From the NCBI GenBank assembly GCA_040285745.1, contig JAUFOR010000005.1, positions 682,001-746,000 on the forward strand: a DNA stretch of 64,000 bases, in the 5' to 3' direction. A program made the translations under genes and the position numbers. The notes under the pieces were generated by a model that searched no databases, was not told where the DNA came from, and saw only the letters and a list, made by a program, of their open reading frames with translations. Of the stretch, positions 60,901-64,000 are shown piece by piece (position 1 is the stretch's first letter; the number at the start of each line of letters is the position of its first letter). Source of the stretch: Barthelona sp. PCE. Lineage: Eukaryota.

Positions 60901-62683
60901 GACAATGGGAGCGCAGGATCCGGAAAGAGCGCTTATATTCAGAAGCCGTTTTGAAGATTCTAAACAACTGGGTATTCCACCGTTTCATTATGGTACATGC
61001 ATGAGCTCACCGGGTTCAACTCTGTTTTTCCTTGTGAGACTGCCCAATTTCGCACCAGAACTGATTACACTGCAAAGTGGTGTGTTTGAGCTTCCCGATC
61101 GTTTATTTTTTTCTCTCAAAGACGCTTACGAATCAAGCGCACTTCGTGGAACGACTTCCGTCATGGAGCTTGTCCCTGAGCTTTTCTTCTTGCCAGAAGT
61201 ATATGTTAACACCGCAAACATCTTCTTTGGGCAACAACAGAGTGGAGTCACAGTCAATGATGTTGTTCTGCCTCAGTGGGCTGGATCTCCCCATTTGGCG
61301 ACGTGGTACATGCGTAAGGCGCTCGAGCTCCCCATTGCGACACGTCAGCTTCCGAGTTGGATTGATCTTGTGTTTGGTAAGAACCGCAGTGGTTCTGGAG
61401 CTGAAGAGAACCTAAACATGTTTATGGAGCAGTTCTACCCAGAGCTCTGCATCGAAAAGATCGCCGAACTGGAAAGAAAGGGCCGCGATTCATCTCACGT
61501 CGTGGAATATATCAAGAATTTCGGCTCTGTCCCTGATAAATTGTTCCATTCCGACCATCAACAGCAGAACGAGGTTCTCCCGTACCCGTTCGGTGTGCAT
61601 TCTCATCCCAACTGTCTCAGAGAGCGTCACGTACTGAAGGTAGATTATCCAGCTGGTGCCGTCACTATGCATGCTTTACGTGGTCTGAGAGTGGCCCCAG
61701 AGAGCGGTGTGTGGCTCAACACTACAACGTTTGTTTCTTGTCGGGAGAATGGACTCATGCTCGGTGAATATGCATTGGACGACTGTGTATACGAGAGTTC
61801 CATTGAGGAGACGTTCACAGGACTTACATACGACTCAGAACGCATTATTATAGGCACGTCCAGTGGTATGATGCATGTTGTTTCGTCATCATTTGCACTT
61901 CTACGCATAGTTGACGGACATTTGCATCCAGTGGCACATATTGCAAGTGTGCCATCGTTTGACGTGCTCATCAGCATTGATGTTGCTGGAAACGTCGTTG
62001 TACGTCGTCTGAAGGATTTCTCAATCGTCCGTAAGATTAAGACTGGTCTGAAACCAACGTGCCTCACTGCAAATTTCCGCAACGGAGATTTCATCGTCTG
62101 TAGCCACTATGAGATGCATAGATACAGCATTAACGGCGAAATTCTTGCGGAGCACCGATTCACATCGCACAGGAAGCACATAATTGCGATCTCTGTCACG
62201 CCTCTGCCGAGCCATTTGTTCTCGACTGTATATGTTGTTGGATTCAATGACGGATCGGTGATTCTCATGTCTTGCAATATCGATGGGGCCTTTGGACCAC
62301 CTGAAATCAAAGAAACTCCTTTTCCATTTATTGAACGGAACTCTTTCTGTCCCTCACGTTGCAAGATCACAGGACTCACGTTACAACCCGATCTCAAGGC
62401 TATATACATCGGTTATGAAGATGGTAACGTGTACGTAATAGAGTTCAATGATGAGACAACAACACAACACTGGACCAAGGATACAAACGCTCCAAACTGC
62501 CACTCCTGCACCAAGGAATTCACTTCATTTAACAGGAGACATCACTGTCGCAACTGCGGTAACGTTTTCTGTGGGGGATGCTCGAAAAAGAGGTGTTGTT
62601 TGCCAAAACTAGGGTTTATTCATGAAAAGGAGCGTGTTTGTGATGCTTGCTTCGCGCTGGAAGAACAACTCCGCACTATGTGA
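54965..62683 (+). CDS. BEACH-domain protein (ConA-like, PH-BEACH, WD40, C-terminal FYVE; ALFY/WDFY3-like architecture)
   Basis: WVERKISNFTYLLELN..RSFLNLAQYPVFPWVLSDY, FHYGT, ELVPELF, DVVLPQWA, WIDLVFG; FYVE WTKD..CHSC..F..RRHHCRNCGNVFCGGCS..RVCDAC; first ATG 54965. Confidence 0.95.
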   Translation: MNLLRRTFNQVRNAFTDNTVPEIAPDAESHLNSNHSDPQLTAIIETYNNAFQGDKRSYAELLLQHFDVSFHIYENLNTLEVNNLLLQYFNHGEMTELLGFFRDIVTEDPLSFLHCIILFIDVIPNFFVVPELCFQALRNLDEYKLFFKSCEYTRFFSIGDIVDLYPSAMFPHVLQCCDERLQSEMDESEFLQMFVESKDIDWFLTILRASIFPLKEDYSFFGGFDDGEKRLWVDNSVYGRIVSDIRGLLGFFDNDTAMQFKLLSGIVFIGYKPFDIDSAMFHCKQSVLKTEKRIMCEPAHNEIMSNLTEEDPDRITLALKTIHEMVITNPVNIDAIMNLLEIETFLGMSLFHQRMLLRTVDFAVTSAMYIPVFLDGILDHCFRALESNDLRCIELYTELMQFLKKLISFIGPDASFAQCLLSFECFKHIFSNFKEYVTFEDAYDTSIAATACDVCDLVIQIGENNCSLVNNQEVLFPLLIYVSLKNDPAITHRITHILKRSLKQNCTNLIALFIVFFSTIAHHYSDTRLDYYKQVGIDTLVLLTSLVTPGSRLHKQFGKESGFFHSLSEMFSAGIISCSALKCFLQLSFFHSGEFTFDCSCFCSLFDTGIDIKQQAANIILQFIFSLWVDVNPFVLFHAFRDDIVGYEESLKDFFAIHERTVTIDPIDAIIGYGVWMRQGGTRIQKPYLAQFFLPLFLGRDDLSVPYLTCLAISSEATPHLCTDWTMCLLDVLEETLLPCVRMIWETDVSHDSAVSDEQREKFAYLGLTEDFLINIHDAKAMVTRAFDSKLSILMDEISNVEILLLRILTSVFRVRIESEALLRFYKDVIFLGYLSTYASDKQDPIANQLTTVFHAALKTFMDMFHSPTISSFFETDSRVFLSTLKLPRSGYFSFSFWLYVGYIPQQRHSVLSFVQNYNPQMKIVEPDITVTINTGGVMFLTYSNLRVAVCHEFPVAEWVHITVGASKTSLITSINGKTKQHNIRRVNKLRNTKYSILQGNVFDSSRYMVSIGHLYIFNESLSKDECSILASLRDYYGRFQVPISTISNSNLNLKSDLSQKYYYKLNHSKISSDNITVTHTVSRVIQSIDGSLLLFIPFDLVNKHDIDIINGLFRMLSHYLNEFSIVRSFEINNYVDYLLYFIDKTIDVWTRDTIDAVFSMLGGNAFIFTPEKLSALLSYMLHQLVHFERYDLLTCFFVKLEDSLSPTNIEVLLTIDIFQILSDLFLNVETGINDIVTASISSFLKRYLAEFDTLEQMSASIDNILVCAIGLSNLGETRVDTNCLMEFVYNMLDTVVFKNRTYVNNSLLFHLVSNVNVHKLLPIMLRLDEMQPDPHFPEKLLNITLWNMLSKPEACFSCFFTYIQKQPKPHPKLVDILIRLLRSENLDHMDAVTRWIAESKAVGPALERSRIIFCLLSLLPSNLRPLAFIHDEHALMNLNLGDEDDEREQYHNREYEAAVFQLVLTLTERSEGILDRFLSFDWDLDTLQHFLHYMASKLFKQQQKLISALVCRMVLLGFSSTDIGVSMSPGFHSDIERELPAFRERMNTHFLYFKNKESVWIDQRDALLTKFAAELDDVFSDFQVYYRKRTFVFLRLSQKVKSIDARWSMIQEELFAKLDINVFGNIDIPRAFFKDFGEQRPELSYFVPFRLTNDFCKYGYRCLFEPFVDFYDHFPYLPKIIRKQGFASSDHSLPLFLNHLLKAILSPATSVQHEITQPTGELHKGGISEALTASSIANVQQFFEPLVLYVNTYPINAVDALNVQLINNGLDPVCGVLVLLTDRLLFLKNYRLYKRDGVSSMPNEDNPLSAFSLCEVSTQLLRDSAQNNVAVFLSDYIGTYFDSQFTKDHIEIPFELLNGIHPQQHLLSNTAIEIDTVYGERVCVLFGSDRIRDVVLSNFKAFNLIDAEDNIETQTKRVQQQWVERKISNFTYLLELNALSHRSFLNLAQYPVFPWVLSDYTSEFINLSSEEAYRTLSKTMGAQDPERALIFRSRFEDSKQLGIPPFHYGTCMSSPGSTLFFLVRLPNFAPELITLQSGVFELPDRLFFSLKDAYESSALRGTTSVMELVPELFFLPEVYVNTANIFFGQQQSGVTVNDVVLPQWAGSPHLATWYMRKALELPIATRQLPSWIDLVFGKNRSGSGAEENLNMFMEQFYPELCIEKIAELERKGRDSSHVVEYIKNFGSVPDKLFHSDHQQQNEVLPYPFGVHSHPNCLRERHVLKVDYPAGAVTMHALRGLRVAPESGVWLNTTTFVSCRENGLMLGEYALDDCVYESSIEETFTGLTYDSERIIIGTSSGMMHVVSSSFALLRIVDGHLHPVAHIASVPSFDVLISIDVAGNVVVRRLKDFSIVRKIKTGLKPTCLTANFRNGDFIVCSHYEMHRYSINGEILAEHRFTSHRKHIIAISVTPLPSHLFSTVYVVGFNDGSVILMSCNIDGAFGPPEIKETPFPFIERNSFCPSRCKITGLTLQPDLKAIYIGYEDGNVYVIEFNDETTTQHWTKDTNAPNCHSCTKEFTSFNRRHHCRNCGNVFCGGCSKKRCCLPKLGFIHEKERVCDACFALEEQLRTM

Positions 62684-62706
62684 TTCCATTTCAATGTAAA
62701 TAGTTA

Positions 62707-64000
62707 TTATGTTTGCTCAAACTCGGCCGTATCGAAGTTAAAACGCCTGTCGGCCATGAACTTCTGGAATTCTGTTTCGAGCGCTGTGTTGATGAATCCT
62801 TTGCTCTCCTCGTCCATCAGCTCAAATACTTCTGTTGTACGTTCAGCAGGACTGCTTTGGACTGAAACTTCCTGAGCTGGAAGCAAATTCACCCGAGGAG
62901 GAGACACTGGAACATGAACAGTCGTGTGTTTTTCTGGTGAATGAACCTGTAAAACGCGTCCTTTGGGCTTAGAATGTTGCTTACCAGTATTTTTTCGCTT
63001 CTTTCGCTTCCTTGGTGATCTCTGTATTAGATCGGACATAGAAATTTTCTTTTTCTTCCCATCTGGAGACGCACGACGCATGTGCTCACTGACTCGGCTT
63101 CTTTGCACACGTTTCATTGGTGATGACATCAACTGAGGCTCAAACGTACAATTCGCATCAATTTCCTGTGCTGATCGTGCTTGTCCTCGCTTTTCCAGTT
63201 TCTCCTTGCCCATACTGTACAATCGTGTGGCGTTCTCCTGGATAGTCTTCTCAGCAACCTTTTTAACGGGCGGACTCTTCTCCAAATTAGACAGCACTTT
63301 TCTGTATGTCTTGTTTATCTTTTGTCGTTCCATATCATCTTCCATACGTTTCATAAAAGGTTTTTTAGGGGTATATTTCTTTGTTTCTTTGATAACTGGA
63401 GAAAATGAGCAATCTTTTAACTGCTCCCTTTCTATCCTTTTCTTTAGCTCCTTTATGTGCTTTTTCCTCTGTAGTGCGTGGTTTTGCAGCCTTTCAAAGA
63501 CGCTTTCCTCGCCAAGATAGATATCGTCGTGAACTTCATTTGTTTTTGGTTTGAAACTATACCGCTTCAACTCTTTCTTCTTTGATTCTTTCAATTTCTT
63601 CAAATTTTCACGTTTACGCTCCAAAAACTCTTCTTCACGTTTAAGAAAGCTTGTCCTTCCTCTCTTCTCAACCAATTGAACAGAGGATTTGTTGACAGAA
63701 GGCGCAAAAGAAAAAGCTCGAAGCTCGTCTTCCTTCGCCTTCAATCTCTGGTCAATGATCCTCTTCTTACGGCCCTCCTCCTTAGAGTACAACCGCTGCA
63801 CAACCTTATCAAACTGTCGACTGGAAAGTTGGGTGGGTTGTTGGATTTCAGTAGAATCCTGCTTTGAAATGGGTGACCGCTTCTTCGGAGGTGCAATTAC
63901 GGATGATGGTGAAGCGTCAAAGTCACTAATAGCAAAAGAAACACGTGGGGGATCATCCACAATATGTTCAACTTCCTTAAATATTTGTGCTACCTTGGAC
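62707..64000 (-). CDS. Basic coiled-coil protein with repeated xSFxP/CTFxP motifs, 5'-partial
   Basis: FSFAPSVN, YSFKPKTN, CSFSPVI, CTFEPQL repeats preceded by RLY/ERL helices; frame remains open to the window edge. Confidence 0.7.
   Translation of the reverse strand, partial: SKVAQIFKEVEHIVDDPPRVSFAISDFDASPSSVIAPPKKRSPISKQDSTEIQQPTQLSSRQFDKVVQRLYSKEEGRKKRIIDQRLKAKEDELRAFSFAPSVNKSSVQLVEKRGRTSFLKREEEFLERKRENLKKLKESKKKELKRYSFKPKTNEVHDDIYLGEESVFERLQNHALQRKKHIKELKKRIEREQLKDCSFSPVIKETKKYTPKKPFMKRMEDDMERQKINKTYRKVLSNLEKSPPVKKVAEKTIQENATRLYSMGKEKLEKRGQARSAQEIDANCTFEPQLMSSPMKRVQRSRVSEHMRRASPDGKKKKISMSDLIQRSPRKRKKRKNTGKQHSKPKGRVLQVHSPEKHTTVHVPVSPPRVNLLPAQEVSVQSSPAERTTEVFELMDEESKGFINTALETEFQKFMADRRFNFDTAEFEQT

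Noticed and set aside
1-64000. Prokaryotic or giant-virus origin of the whole window; alternative genetic code
   Set aside because: Gene set is core eukaryotic (karyopherin, BEACH, WDR33, GPN1, HORMA), no viral hallmark genes were seen, and long conserved ORFs end properly at all three standard stops.

Overview
Compact, apparently intron-poor eukaryotic (protist-like) DNA in the standard genetic code, with very short intergenic regions. The main feature is absent from the ORF track because it has no stop codon in the window: a giant minus-strand nonribosomal peptide synthetase (NRPS) starting at ATG 15253 and running off the left edge (at least 5084 codons). Its domain order is A-T-C-A-T-C-A-T-E-C-A-T-C-A-T-C(partial). 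Hand-read pockets suggest beta-Ala-like / Orn-or-Dab / Ser (followed by an epimerase) / aliphatic / unknown, and the core of A3 is an abrupt GC-rich patch. The NRPS sits directly beside eukaryotic housekeeping genes: Arf/Sar GTPases, GPN1, FAM91A1, REV7-like, RPP38-like, GS-III, SAP30-like, WDR33/Pfs2, Cse1, CHID1 and a BEACH-WD40-FYVE protein. Other notable items are a kinase + HECT-like + RBR-RING2 fusion, an unannotated ~350-nt highly structured intergenic RNA candidate, a P-loop-less Arf-like protein, a Cys-rich surface protein with 96-bp tandem repeats, and an accessory block (28.7-39 kb) with orphan paralogs and a triplicated micro-ORF element. All calls come from manual motif reading; no database search was run.
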